This document shows, one piece after another, positions 22,771-36,290 of a stretch of DNA of 64,000 nucleotides. The stretch lies in NCBI RefSeq assembly GCF_018350175.1, contig NC_058382.1, positions 55,182,001 to 55,246,000 of the forward strand, written 5' to 3'. How positions within the stretch are numbered: the first letter of the stretch is position 1; every line of letters starts with the position of its first letter. The position numbers and the translations under genes were made by a program. The notes under the pieces are model-generated. The model was not told the origin of the DNA. It saw nothing but the letters and a program-made list of their open reading frames with translations, and made no database searches. The DNA is from Felis catus. Taxonomy: Eukaryota.

Positions 22771-25700
22771 TTGACTTATCCGTGCGAATACAAATGGATG
22801 TTTTCTTAATTACCGTAGCACGATCCACCGATGACGGGAGCCAGTGTGCTCTCTCTTCTGATCCTGGACATTCCCGTCGGGTTCCCTTCCTCCTTTACAA
22901 GCAGTGCTGCAGTTGGCACAGGTGGGAGTTTCTTGCGGGTCTATGCTGAGAGGTAGAATCGCCTGGCGGGAGGGAGTGGGCCTTATCACCAGAATCCACG
23001 ATTGCCAAACCGCCGTCCAGGGGCCTTGTCCTGCCTCTTGACTGACTCCCTGCTTGGTGCTAGGCACTTCCCTGAACTCTGTGGTTACAGAAATGAGCAG
23101 GAAGGTAGAACTAAATAATGGTAAGACCCTTGCCCAGGGATGCATCAAGGGAGGGGATGGGGCTCCAGGCAGGGGGCGCGGAGGAATGTATAGACGCAGA
23201 GCTGGCGTGATTAGAGCGTGTAGGCAGGAGAGGTGAGATGGGCGGGCAGTGGGGAGCATAAAGGCTCCAGGGAACACACACATGCACAGTGTGTCCCGGC
23301 CAGTGACCTCCTGCTCTTTCTAGAACATCCCGCGCACTTTTCCCTCTTGGGGCCTTTGCGCTTGCTGTTGGTTCTACTTGGAATATTCTTCCCCAGACGC
23401 CCTTATGGATCTCTCCTCACTGTCTTCAAGCTTCAGCTTAGGGAACACCTCTTCTGAGGAGGCCTCCCTGATCATACCTGGTACCAGAACTCCTCCCTTG
23501 CGCTCTCACCCACCGTGCCTCACTCTGCTTTGGTTTAATTCTTACATCTGGTAGCATTAAGTGCTGTAGTAGATCTTGATTTGCTTATCTGTCCCCCTTA
23601 GAATGTACTTCCTCGAGGGCAGGGGTTTGGTCTGTCTGGTAAGGTCAGCTCCCACGAGTGTCCCAGGCACATGGGCCCTCAGCAGCTCTTTGCTGGGTGA
23701 ACGGGTGGGTGGGCGTTCCCCATTGTCTGTGGGTGACGGCAGTAAGCATGTAGCACAGCTTTGGGTAATGCACCCTCTGAGCTCCTTGATGTGAGCTGTT
23801 GTCCCCAGAAATCCTCCCGTCTGCCCCATGAGCCTGGCCCTATGTCTCGGGTGCCCATCTTCAGGGGATAAATGGAAGCCAGAGGTTCTGTGGCTGTGAC
23901 ATGGTAGGGCTGGGCTTCGGACCCTCTGCCTGACTCGTGGTTGGAGCCCAGGGCCAGTCCCCGGCAAATAATTCTTGTCCAGGGCAAGTCAGGTTGTGGG
24001 TTTCGGGCCCAGGTTGTGGAGTCAGACTAGTGTTCGTGTCCCCTGGGCTGGACTTGGATTCTTGTACCGAGGGGACTTGGGGCAGACCAGCCTGGCGGGG
24101 AGGGGGAGCCCTCTTGCCCCGATCCTGCCTTCTCTGAAAGGGAAGGAAGACTGTCACCTTCTCGCTCGCTGTAACAGGAACTGCCACCACCCGCCACCGC
24201 CCCCCCCACCCCAACCCCTGACCTTGGTTTGCAAAACTGAGCCTAGTGGGGAAATGAAGGGCTGGCTTGCTAACCACAGTGAAGACTCATTTGCAGAGGC
24301 GAAGCAGGGGCAGCAGGGCCCTTCCCCAGCAGAAGGGATCGACTCCGGTGGGGCCTCTTCTTGCTGGAGCCCCTCAGGTCCCACCATGGGGCTGGGAGCT
24401 TGGAGCCTGGTAGCAGCTGCAGGCTTGACAGTCTTTTGACCTCAGTCTTCTCTGTGAAATGGGAGTAATAATAACAATATCGTGGTGATGGGGAGCCCAA
24501 GTGAGGAGAGGGATGTAAAGCTTTCTCCCCATGCCTGATGGTGCGAACGCTTGGGGGATATTAGCCATTATTATCGTGGCCGTGGACACAGTCCGCATCC
24601 CTCTCTCGGCCTCCGCTCCGCACGGTAGCCCCTTTCTTGGAATAATCCTCAGGTCAGACCACAGAGGAGTAAAGGCAGATCTCTTAGCACCTGCTCTTGT
24701 GTTCCTTCTCGAACACAATTTGGCATTTTAGTTAAACTTCTGGGAGCAGTCTGATGTGAGTTGCCTGGAGGCCTGGCGAGGGCCAGACCCGTTCCTGCAA
24801 AGCCGAAGAGTGAGATAGGCCAGCCCTCCTGCCTTGGGTCTGACGGGGGGACCGAGGGTGCCCCTTGAGCCCGCAGGGAGCAGGGTGAGAGTAGGAAGGT
24901 GTTGCCTTGCTGGAGGAACCAGCACACCCCCGACCGTAACTGCGTGGCTCCTTGCATACCCGGCTCGCATGGTGCTGGGGCCGCGGCACCAAGTCAGGGA
25001 GACAAGTAATTACAGTAGATACGAGAGCCAGAGGAAAGAGGAAGTTGAGAAGAGGAAGGGAGGCCTTCCCCAGAGAGGGGAGCCTTGAGCCGAGATGAGT
25101 GCCCTTTGCTCCTGCTGTTGGATTCTTTGGAGAACCTGCTGAATCCTGCCAAAATTATGCAGCACGGAGGCCCCATGTTTGGGGTTCGGGGACCCCATGA
25201 AGGCTCACGGGCTCAGGATGAAATCCTCGCTTGAAAGAATGAGGGCTTTGTGTCTCCAAGGAAGGCTTTCTAGGCCAAAGGGGCCAGTGTGGGTGTGCGG
25301 GGCATTCACCTTGGGGCACCCATCTGGAGAGGCTTCTGGGAGACCAGGGCCTTCTCTGGCCATCTGTCCATGTCCCTCTGAATCCCTTCCCCTTGACTGT
25401 TGCCCTGTCAGGCTGTGGCGAGGGTCCTGAGCCAGTGTTCTGGCCAACATGACCCAGTCTCTGCTGGTGAAGCGGGAGGGCCTCGCGCTGAGGGGCAGCG
25501 TCTGGAAACCCCCCCGGCCGGTCCTGTTGATCATTAACAAGATGGAAACGTATTTCTGCCTCTCTTATCTAACGACTGACTCTGGCATCGGGAGCCCTCA
25601 ATGCTTGTGGCATCTCTGTCTACCTGCTGAGACTTGGTTACAGAGAAAGGATCCACCTTTAGCCGGATTCTAACCCGGTCATCCCAGGGTTTTCCGAGAG

Positions 25701-26287
25701 GCCGTTGTGGTAACAGCTCTGTCGAAAATGGAAAAAGGAAGGGGAAAGGGCACGGCCACCTTGCCCACGGCTTTCGGCTCTCTGTGAGACGCCTGTGCGT
25801 CACCGCCCTGCTGCCTTTGGCATCAAGGCCCAGGCAGGTGGCCGAGGGAATGACTTCAGTTTCCTAAGCCAACTCTGGAAAATGGGGGTTTGTTCCCAAG
25901 GTTGGCAGGAAGAGAGAGGAGACGGTGAAGTCATCTCTGGCACCTAATAAATACTTTGTAAGGAGGTTCTGGTCTGTTCTCCCTCCATATCAGGTGCTTC
26001 TACCCTGGGATTGACCTTGGCAGGGCTCCATTTTCTGCTGGCAGAGTGGAGTTGGTAGGTCACTGTGTGCCAGTGCCTCTGTGTGGGAGCCAGTGTGGGT
26101 GGTGTTTGGGAACCCTGGCTCCAGAGCTGGATGGGCCTGGCTCAGACCTCCAGCACACCCAACCTGCTGGAGCCTCTGTTTCCTCCTCTGGAAAATGGGT
26201 GGGCTGGGAACAGTGACCACTTACCTCCTAGGGCTGCACGAGGCATCTCTGAGATAACAGATGCCAAGCCCTGGACTGGGTTTTGGG

Positions 26288-26919
26288 TTTTTTTTTTTTT
26301 TATGTGTATTTATTTATTTTGGTGTGTGTGTGTGTGTGTGCGGTGGGGGAGAGAGACAGACAGACAGACCATGAGCGGGGGAGGGGCAGAGAGAGAGGGA
26401 GAGACTGTGAATCCCAAGCAGGCTCGCGGGGCTCAATCTCACAACCTTGAGATCATGACCTGGGCTGAAATCAAGAGTCAGACGCTTAACTGCCTGAGCC
26501 ACCCAGCTGCCCCTTGCCTGGTGTTGGATAGACCAGGAGCTGTCAGAGCCTCTTCTGCCTGTAAGGGTTTCAAGGCTGGGGTCCTTGCAGGGATGCTTCT
26601 AAGAGGAAGAATCCCAAAGGACTCAGGGTGACATCTGAGCCCCCGAGGGTTGGGGGCGGGATCTTCCTCAGAAAAGAACTCATCTTTCCCTGTGTTATGG
26701 TTTAGAATACAGGCTTGGGAGGAGGCTGGGTGGCTCAGTTGTTGGGTGTCCAACTTCAGCTTAGGTCATGATCTCACGGTTTGTGAGTTTGAGCCCCACG
26801 TTGGGGCCCCACTCTCTGCTGTCAGCATAGAGCCTGCTTCAGATCCTCTGTCCTCCTCTCTCTCTGCCCCTCCCCCACTCATTCTCTCTTCTTTCAAATA
26901 AACAAATTAAAAAAAAAAA
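26288..26919. mobile_element. Head-to-head Can-SINE pair: 26288-26512 (-) and 26717-26919 (+)
   Basis: SINEC motifs; TSD-like aggcttggga around the second element. Confidence 0.9.
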
Positions 26920-27514
26920 GTAGGCTTGGGAGGTAAGACTGCTGGGGGTGAAGTCCTGGCTCAACTAGTGTAGCCTTGGAAAGTCACTGAATCTGCCTGA
27001 GTTTCCCCATTTTTGGAATGCAGATGGTGAGGTCAACCTCGCATGAGCACACACGTGTTGGGATCCCATCCTAGATGTTTCTGTAAATGTGGCTTCCCTT
27101 CACTTTTCTCTGGTTTCCTCTGAAGCCAAGGGGTGGGCAGGAAGATGAGGACCGGCATTTTCCATGGGAGCATTCGGCATCAATCAGCTTCTAGAACTTT
27201 CTCTACCCCAGCTGGCCAGAGTTGAGCTAATAGTCTGTGTTCTCAGCACCTTTCTTTTCCTAAAAACACAAGGGCAAACCATCTGACTGAAAGAGTGAGC
27301 ATATGTTTATGTGCAGGGCTGCTTGGCGGGCTGAGGTTAGGGAAGGACGCGACGAAATGAGAGGTTGCCGTTGAAAGGGGTCCACGTTTGCCCTTCCTCG
27401 GGCACTGTGCACAGACTTCTGGCGGGTGTTCATAGAAACTGTGTTCTTGGCTGTTGTCTTTGCCCTTGCGAGTGAGTGGGCCCCTGAGCCAGGCCTGCCC
27501 CAGGCCCCCTGCAG

Positions 27515-27592
27515 GCTACTTCCTCTGGGTTTCTGACTGACTTATCAGAGAGCTGCATGAGCGTCTATTTCTGGCCCAGCTAGAAATAGTCT
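27515..27592. promoter_or_regulatory. Candidate haematopoietic intronic enhancer core (PU.1, GATA, two inverted MEF2-like sites)
   Basis: ACTTCCTCT 27518-27526; CTTATCA 27541-27547; CTATTTCTGG 27565-27574 and CTAGAAATAG 27580-27589, in apparently non-repeat sequence. Motif evidence only. Confidence 0.4.
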
Positions 27593-27798
27593 GGATCCTG
27601 GCACAAGGCAAACACAGAGTCTCTTCCTAGGATGGAGAAGTAGCCTACGGGAAGGGGGTGGGAAATCTCTCTACAGTGTCCCTGGGGGAACCTAGTCTTG
27701 GGCGCCATGATTTGCAGACCCTGCCCAGGGAGGGAGAGTGGTTCCTTTGCGGTCTCTGATCGAGTCAAGGGGATCATCTGTTGGGTATTAGCATGTTC

Positions 27799-27808
27799 GT
27801 TCGTTTGT

Positions 27809-27876
<68 letters not shown>

Positions 27877-27981
27877 TCCTTCTTTTCCTTCTTTTCCTTC
27901 TTTTCCTTCTTTTCCTTCTTTTCCTTCTTTTCCTTCTTTTCCTTCTTTTCCTTCTTTTCCTTCTTTTCCTTCTTTCCTTCT
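27799..27981. repeat. Compound pyrimidine microsatellite: (TTCG/TTTC)n followed by a (TCCTTCTTT)n 9-mer array
   Basis: Directly visible; abuts the T-rich end of a minus-strand L1 fragment. Confidence 0.95.
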
Positions 27982-27994
27982 TGATACTTCGTAT

Positions 27995-28230
27995 TTTTTT
28001 AATTGAAAAGTTCGAGATCATTGTAGATTGACATAAAGTTGTAAGAACTAATACAGACAGAGCTCATGGAGACCTTACTGTGTTTCCCCCAATGTTGATG
28101 TCTTGCAAAATTATATACGGTGTGATAGCACAGGGTACTGGCATTGATTCGGTCCACTACAGACCGTCTCCAGGTTTCCTCCGTTTGACGTGTACTATGT
28201 GCGCGTTCCTGTATCTGCCACCACAGCCCC
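27995..28230 (-). mobile_element. Old L1 3' end fragment
   Basis: tgtagattgacataaagttgtaagaactaatacaga...tttcccccaatg..gtcttgcaaaattata. Confidence 0.7.
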
Positions 28231-30156
28231 ATCCGTCATGACAAGGATCCTTGTGCTGTCTCTTAATAACTACGCTCACTCTGTGCGTAAGGTATGCATA
28301 TGGTAAAGTGCACAAGCGGGAGGTATAAGCATGTATAAGGTTCCTTCTGTGACCATGCTCTCCGGCCACTGCCCAGATTGGATCTAGCTCACTCCCCAAA
28401 CTCCAGGACCTACCCCCTCCAGGAGGTCACCACCGTTCTGACTTCTGTCTCGTGTGTGAGTCTTAACACGGCTTGGTCGGCCTCACGCCCTCTACCCTCT
28501 GCTTTCTCACCTTTTATAACTCGGAACCACGCTGAGGGCTTGGTCTGTGGCATCAGCTGTTTCTAGGCAGAATTTCATCACGTCCTGTTGCCACTGCCTT
28601 TGTGTTGTACGATTCCTGTTATACGTGGTTGTCTCTTTTTACCAGAGACAACTCATTATTGAAATACATCTGTACATATATATATTTTTTTCACTTGAAA
28701 AGGTGAGTTGACTTAAAAGACCAATGTCACACAGTGCCAGCAGGATACAGACATGGCAAACTTCATAGAGGTGATAATCACATGACTGACATCTGAGAAA
28801 TGGTGTGAGAAGCAAACATGATTCCGAAAAGAGAAAACAACCCAAATCAACAACTGGTCCAGTGGGTGGTGGGATGGGGCAGGATCTATCTATAATCTTG
28901 GTACAGTGAAGGCCTTCCGTGTAACTCTGGGAGACGGGACTGGTTTAAAGCCAAGCAGATTAAAATGTCAGCAGGCCGTGTATAAGGTGGCGAGCCCTTC
29001 CTTAAGGTCTTACTGATTTTTGTCATACCTGCCCTCCACCTGTTTTATATGCGATCTGTATTTTTAAATGGACTCGTTCTTTTTAATTTAAATTTACAGA
29101 TGGTGCTAGATGTGTATTTTTTCCAATTGATGTTAAACTGTGTCACACGACATAACAAGATGTGGGCACCATTTAGGGTATCACATACCTACCACACGAC
29201 AGGATTATTCGCACTGAGTCTCCAGCAGGAGAGGAAAAACATCAAATTCAAGTGACCCTGAAAGAGTGTGTGTTTACAGAATTCTTTGACGCTTGGTGTT
29301 TGGGGTGTTAGCTGGCCGGTTCAGGAAGCCCCTCTTTCTCATCTTCTCGTGAGTTTGGAGACACTTGAGAAACACAGGTCAGTGACAAATAGTGACAAAG
29401 AAGGTCTGCTCTGGGTGTGTGCCTCCTGGGGAGTCTCGCTTGGATTCTGTCTCTGGAGCCTGGGCCGCTGACTCTGTCTCTGGCCCTGGTGGACACCCAC
29501 GGGCCACTTGGAGGCAGCCCCCTCTGAGAGGCGGGGAGCAGAACAGGGCACATGGTTCCTGGGGGACAGACCGGACCAGAACTAGACAGGGAGACTGAGC
29601 TGGGCATGCCTACTTTCTTCTTAGGGACTCCTGTTGAAGACTGTTGGCTGCTCTTCTGGAGAGAAAGGGTCCCTGGAGAGACTAGTTCATTCCTTTCCTC
29701 CAGTATCACTTAAAACTCTGAAGCATCTATAAAGCAGTTCATCCAGCATTTCTGTGTGAATGCCAAGCATGACAGTCACAACGACCTACTCAGTTGAGTG
29801 CTATTGTCCTGGAAGGGTCTTCTCCTGTGGAAGCGCAAGGCTGGGACCTTCCCCGCTGGAGATGGTACAGTTCCAGCAACTGTATTTTTTAATAAAGAAG
29901 ACAAGGACAGCCCCCTGTCACTCCCCAACGCCTAGGCTTTCAAAGGACTTCAATATCTGAAACTCGTGGAACAGTTTACATTTTACCAAGTTCTTGCAGA
30001 TGTATCTACGTATGGGATGGATATTCGTTCCCATTTTACAGATGAGAAAGTAAAGGCGAAGCCAGAATGAAGAAACCCATCCCAGGTTGCATAGCCTGGA
30101 AGGGTAGAGTCAGACTTGAAGCACATGTCTGCTAGATTCTTCTCTCTCTCTCTCTC

Positions 30157-30370
30157 TTTTTTTTTTTTAAAAACGTTTACTCATTTTTGAGAGGCAGACA
30201 GAGCACAAGCTGGAGAGGAGCAGAGAGAGAGGGAGACACAGAATCTGAAGCAGGCTCCAGGCTCTGAGCAGTCAGCACAGAGCCCGACGCGGGGCTCGAA
30301 CCCACGGACAGTGAGATCGTGACCTGAGCCGAAGTCGGAAGCTTAACCGACTGAGCCACCCAGACGCCCC
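30157..30370 (-). mobile_element. Can-SINE (SINEC_Fc-like)
   Basis: Near-consensus body ...gagcccgacgcggggctcgaacccacggacagtgagatcgtgacctgagccgaagtcgg. Confidence 0.94.
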
Positions 30371-32385
30371 ACGTTGACCTTTTTCTAACCGTGTCTCCCA
30401 CAGTCCATCTCAGCTGTTGATGTAGCTTCAGGGTTACACTCTGTCATGTATGCGAAACAGCCCGGCACCCTTGGTTTGGCAAAGCAGAGTTTTTCATCGA
30501 GACATAGCACCCGTGAGACAAGGTGAGACCGCTGGCAGCGGTGAAGGTGGTGTCGGAAGGTGGTACGAAAGGACACGCATCCCAATAGCTAAATTAACCT
30601 TGACTGAGACCTCTTCCTGGGGGCCACGCGGTTTCTATTTAGTGTAATTTCACCTTGTTTGCAGAGCAGCTCGGTGAAGGAGGTATTGCTATCACTGTGC
30701 AGATGAGGAAAGAACCGAGATGGGAGGTGATTTGCCCGAGCTCTGGGGTGCCTCGCAGGGCTCTCCCGCCCCCACATCCCCCCCTCCCGGGGTTCCCTCC
30801 AGCCTTCAGAACTCTACCAAGATGCCCTCGGAGAAGCCTTTCTTCCCCTTGTGGGGAGAAGCCCCCATGTAGACTCTGTTCCCGTCGTTTGAGGTGTTCA
30901 GTGTGGTTGGAGGCTTATGTGTTCGTGTGCTGGTTCAGAGAGGGTCTGTCCTCCCCAGGCTTCTGAGGGCGGGGCCACGTCCGTGTGTCTCTTCCCAGTA
31001 CATCCTCAGCATGATGCTTAGTAACCACCTGGCCGATTGAATGGCTGGCAGGTGGGCAGGGGGCGGGGCGGGTATGTGTGGGAAGGTGGCCAAGCTTCAG
31101 CAGTCCCTTTTCCCCTTGCATACCACTGGGGCTTCCCTGACGATGCTTTAAGCCTGTTTGCCCTCGTTTGAGGGCAAGTGTGGGAATCAAAGAAAAAGTC
31201 ACATGCCCGGTGTGAGGGTAGGAGGGTTTCTAGGAGTGGGGGGCAGCCTGAGAGTGGCCCGGAAAGGAAACAGTTTGAAGAATGGGGCCATGGGGACGGC
31301 CAAGAAAGAGGGCGGGGGAGTGGGCGGAGGTTGGAGCCCCAAGTGTGTGTCTGCAGGTGATGGGTGGGGAGGGCAGCCGGGAGCGTGGTCGGACCTGGGG
31401 AAAGCCCTAGGTGATGCTGGGAAGCCAAGTTTGTGCAGAGATGAGGCCTCACTTCTGTGGCCGTGTTATCTCACTTCTTCAAGCAGGAAACACGGCTGCT
31501 GAGCCCCACCACATGAGCGCGCATGGTCTGAGCTCTGGCCACCAGAGCCTACTTTGAAAATAAAGTCGGTCATCTTAGTGAATGTGTGTGTGCCCTTGGC
31601 AAAAGTTCCAACCCAGGCAGATCAAGCCCACCGTTAGCCCGTCATCCTCCGCACCAGTAACCCTTATTGTCAGCTAGTTGGAGAAATCTTATTTTTTCTA
31701 CCTTTTCTCCTGCTTTTACATACACACATATATATGTATACAGATACAGGCATCTCTCTTTAGCTGAGTCTAATGTGTTCCTGGAAACAGAAGTAACGAC
31801 ATCTTTTTTTTTTTTTAGATAGCCATGTAGTATGTCCTGTTAAACGTGGATATAAATGGTGATGAATCACCAACTGATTGGAAAAAAACCTATTTCTCCA
31901 GTATTGCTTAATACCTGTAAACATCTGAAAGCCAACCCATTGTGTATTCTGCACGAATACAGAGCATTGACGGCAACAAATATCATTTGGTAGCCACCTA
32001 ATTATTCGGTGCTTTAATGAACTCGTTCCCGGACATGCTTGCGAATAGTACGTAGGATACCATGTGGTGTTGGTTGTGAATTTTAATTTTTTTTCCCCTT
32101 GTCCTCTACTTTGTGACTTAATAGAAATGGCCGTGACATAATCTGTTGAAAATACTAGAGAGGTCATCTAAACGGGACTCAGTTTGGTAGTTTGCTTGTC
32201 AGAGGTAAATGCTAGGACTCCAGCAGGACTTAATTGGGTGGGCAGGACACTCGGCTTGAGGCAGGATGATTTTCAGCATTGGGACTACTGAATATGGTCC
32301 TGTCCTGCAGACTGATACACACCAGTGTTTTCATCAGTCCCTGCACACAAACATCTACAGTGGGTGTAATCTGGGTAGTGCATCT

Positions 32386-32421
<36 letters not shown>

Positions 32422-32759
32422 AAGTTACAGTGAGTATTTAGATAGAGTTGTTAGACATCTGTGCACAATACGTATGTACATGTGTGTGTGCATACATGTG
32501 GATACGTACGTACAAGTGCAGACACAGGCGCTTAACATCCAGGATCCTATTTACGTGAGCTGCGGTGGGGTTTTTTTCCACATCAGTATTTCTGGACGTG
32601 CCCCTTCAATGTCCACAACAGAGAAATTGAGAGACGGTGTTTTTTCTTATACCTTCCGGGAGAGCAACTTTATTCAGTTGTATCAGTAATTCAAAACATC
32701 ATCACTAACAAGCACCTAGAAGTTACTACATCTCTATTAGTTACAATTATCGGGCGCTA

Positions 32760-32971
32760 TTTTTTTCTTTTATTATTTTTTTAATGTTTATATTTATTTG
32801 AGAGAGCGCTAAACAGTGTGCCCACGAGCGGGGAAGGGGCAGAGAGAGAGAGGGAGACACAGAATCCTCAGCAGGCACCGGGGTCCGACACAGGCCTCGA
32901 AGTCGCAGACCCCGAGATCATCACCTGAGCCAAAGTGGGCCACTTAACCGACTGAGCCACCCAGGTGCCCC
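32760..32971 (-). mobile_element. Can-SINE
   Basis: SINEC motifs, T-tail, TSD-like ta(t/c)cgg..gcta. Confidence 0.9.
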
Positions 32972-33689
32972 TACCGGGGGCTACTTTAATACCCACACGT
33001 GCACACCCAGCCTCCTTGAGTCCTTAAAGAGCAGGGTGTGAAGCGGCCATTCTTGCTCCTGTTGTCCACATGAGGAAGTGGGGGCCCAAAGAGGTGAATT
33101 CCTGCTGGAAGCACCTAGAAGCTGGGATTCAAACGCAGGCAGTCTGGTTCCAGAGTCCACCCACTAGGCACCACACATGAACTTTGTGTGACTTGGGAGG
33201 CAAGTTTGCAACCCCGGCCCTAGGATTCTGTTTCCAGCTGCAGGTCAGAAAGCTGACTGGGGATTGATCGAGTTGAGCGAAGGAGGCCTGACCCCCCCGC
33301 TTTGTGCCCTGTACCCCATGGACAGTGGGATCATCATTCAGCAGGGTGCCCCTGATGCAAGATCAGATACATATCAGGGATGACCAACAGGCCCCTCAGA
33401 CTTGGCCGATTACCAAATAGAACCCCCCCCCCCCCGCACCACCCGCTGCTTGAGGCATTTCCTGTCTGCCTTCTTGGGGCTCTCGGTAACCAGGGTGGGG
33501 GTCGTGGATAGTGGGCAGCCCTCGGTTCCTCTGGAGCTGGCCCCTCCTTGCTCGGAGGCCTGGGAAGTAGCAGTGACAGCTGTGAAGGGCTGAGTGGTGG
33601 CCCCACCCCTGCCTTTGCACAGAGGCCTCAGCCACAGGCCCATCCACGGCTGACTTGACATCGACGTTTAAGCGCCTTCCCGGGCCCGG

Positions 33690-34290
33690 TTGGTGGCTGG
33701 ACAACCCCGTGGCATGAAAGTGTTACCTCACAATTAAACCGGCAACCCTGAGAGTATGGACTGAGGAGGATGGCTTTCCACTCCCAGGAGATACCCAAGA
33801 GAACTGAGAACAAGTGCTCAAACAGAAACCTGTATGCGAACGTTCACTGCCGCATTATTCGCAGTAGCCGAAAGGTGGAGACAATCCAAGCGCTTGTCAC
33901 CGGAAGAACGGACACAGAAAACGTCGTCCATCTGCACGCTGGAATATTACCCCTCCCTAGAAAGGAATAAAGCACTAGCCCCAGCTTACGTTGAAGATCT
34001 CATGGTAAATGAAAGAAGAGCAGACGCAAAAGACCACGTGCCTTGTGATTCCGTGTATATGAAATGTCCAGAAAAGGCAGCTCTGTAGAGAGTGAAAGTA
34101 GGTTCGTGGCTACCAGGGGCTGGTGTGCAGACAGGATGGGGAATGGAAAGTGACAGCTGAAGGGTGTGGGTTTCTCTTGGTGGTCGTGAAGACGTTCTTA
34201 AATTGACTTTGCTGGATGTTTACACAAGCCTGTGAATCGTACGTTTGAAATGGATGAATTTTATGTGAACGGAATCTTAATAACGCCGTT
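33690..34290 (+). mobile_element. Old L1 (L1MB-type) ORF2 end / 3'UTR fragment
   Basis: ttccactcccaggagatacccaagagaactgagaac...gcattattcgcagtagccgaaaggtggagacaatccaag...tatatgaaatgtccagaaaaggca. Confidence 0.8.
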
Positions 34291-34449
34291 ACATTCAAAG
34301 AGATTGCAGTGTCTCTAATCCCAGATGCATCTGCTGAGCCAAGACACCTTTGGGGATACAGCACGTACAGGCAGTGACCTCTTGTCCTGTGTCCACGTTT
34401 CGGCTTTCCTCGGCTGGGAGCCCCGAGAAGCTGTTCTCTTGAGTAGCTG

Positions 34450-34972
34450 GGACTTGTGCACATCCATCACTCTTCTGCCTGCAATAGATACTGGGCCTTT
34501 GACCCCTCCAACACACTGATCCCTGCATCCTGTGGGGATAGCACAGAAGCTACTGGATCAATTACCTGATGTGGCAAAGGCCCCCGCAGGCGGACCCTGA
34601 TGGCTGTAGCAGTCATTTCTGCACATTGAAGCCAGCTTGGTGTGATGACTGCAGCCCTCTGCTTGAGGACTGGGGAGTCAGGCCCCCGAAACAGCCCTCA
34701 ACCCACAGCAGATGGCGGTTAGGGATAAATACCCTGGCTGTCTTGCTTCCTGGTGGGGTGAGGCCTCCCACAGCCCCCGTGTGGTCAGCTCCAGGTGCCC
34801 ATGGCCGGCCAGTGCAATTCCTAGCATCCTCCTTCTGCTCGGCCGCTTTCCTTGTCTGTCTTACATCCCCAGTCCTCTACGGTGTTCCTGGGATCACCTC
34901 CCAAATAAACCACTGTGCTCACATCTTCCCCTGAGGGTCCCCTTCTGGGGAAAGCCAAACCAAGGCACCTGA
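34450..34972 (+). mobile_element. ERVL-type LTR remnant (LTR16-like)
   Basis: 3' end ttcctgggatcacctcccaaataaaccactgtgctc...ttctggggaaagccaaaccaag. Confidence 0.65.
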
Positions 34973-35699
34973 GAACCTAATTCCTTCATTCCGTGGGAAC
35001 CTGAGTTCCTGCTCTGAGCCAGGCCCTGGTGCGGGGGTCCGTGAGGCTCCAGTTGGGGGTGAGCAGGATGGACGCGATCCCTGTTCTCCTGGGGCTTTGG
35101 TGGGGGGAGGGGGAAATGTACATCCACAGGTAGACGAACCTGGAAACACACTCGTGCAAGTGAGGAGCGGTACAACACAGATCTAGAAATAAGAGGATGA
35201 GTCGGGGGGTGGAGAAGGCAGGTATTGCTAAGTCACTTCAGTGAGATCTGCCCAGATCTGGTCAGCCGGTGAGCGAGGAGCGAGGACAAGCCTGGGGAGA
35301 GGGAAGTGGGTGGGAGGGCATCACGGAGGCGAGCCATCCCACTGTGGCGGGGTTGCGGGGGGAGGTGGTGCCTGTAGCCTGTCCAGGATGGGCCCGGCTC
35401 CGAACACAGCGGAGTTGCTCCCTGGGGCTGTAGTGGAAGGTGGTGGATGGTCAGGACCACCTGCCTGCTCAGAATGCCTGTTTCTTTTTCATTCCGTCTC
35501 CATCTCTCCTGCTCTTGCCTCTCTGACTGTGTGTGTATGTCTGTATCTCCCTCCCTCCTCAGCTGGGTGGCTTGTCCTCTGCTCCTGTCTCTGTCTCTCT
35601 TTCCCCCGTTGGGTTTCTCTACGTGTGTTTGTTCACATCTCTGCGTTTAGCTCCCTCTGTCCCATCTCTGGTTCTGTCCCCGGTCTCTCTGCCCCCTTC

Positions 35700-36290
35700 C
35701 TCGTTCAACAACTATTTATTGGGCTCTACTGTTTACCAACCACCCTGCTGTGGGGGGGGGGGAGGGCGGTGTGGAGGCGGGGGACACAGTGATGAGGAAG
35801 GGAGCACCATCCAGGGAAAGAGTTCTGACTCCATGAGTCACAGCATTAGGCTCTTGCCTCTGTTCTGAGCTGTGGGGTGAGGGGCTGGTAAGTATGAGAG
35901 CAGGAATTGGAGGGTGTTCTATGCGTCCGATGGTGGTTGAGCTGAGATGCCAAGGGGGAAGTTGGAGCTAACAAGGCAAAGGGCATTCCTAGCAGAAACA
36001 ACAGCGTGTACTGTTGCCCTGTGGTGGGGGTGGCCGGCCGCTCACCAGGTGGCTGGAGCATGGGGGGTGAGGGTGCAGGGGCTGGCGGGGTCAACACCGG
36101 GCCTTGGCTCTTAGTCCTAAGAGCACCGGGATGCCATCAGAAGGTTCGAAGCCCAGGAGTAGCCTGAGTATGTTTGTATTTCATAAAAATGACTCTGGCT
36201 ACTGGTAACTTGGGCTACTTCGGTGGACCAAGCGAGAGATTCCAGTGGCTTGGATCGTGGTGTTGGCCGTGGGAATGGATAGTCCGTGGC
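35700..36290. mobile_element. L2 remnant
   Basis: ttcaacaactatttattgggctctactg; gggcattcctagcagaaacaacagcgtg; aaaatgactctggct. Confidence 0.55.

Noticed and set aside
27698..28021. Low-complexity ORFs (FPSFPS..., RRKRRK...)
   Set aside because: Translations of the pyrimidine microsatellite.
32120..32430. 27-nt poly(A) at 32391-32417 as the tail of another hidden retrocopy
   Set aside because: No polyA signal just upstream and only a 7-bp flank match (aaatggc); treated as a simple homopolymer.
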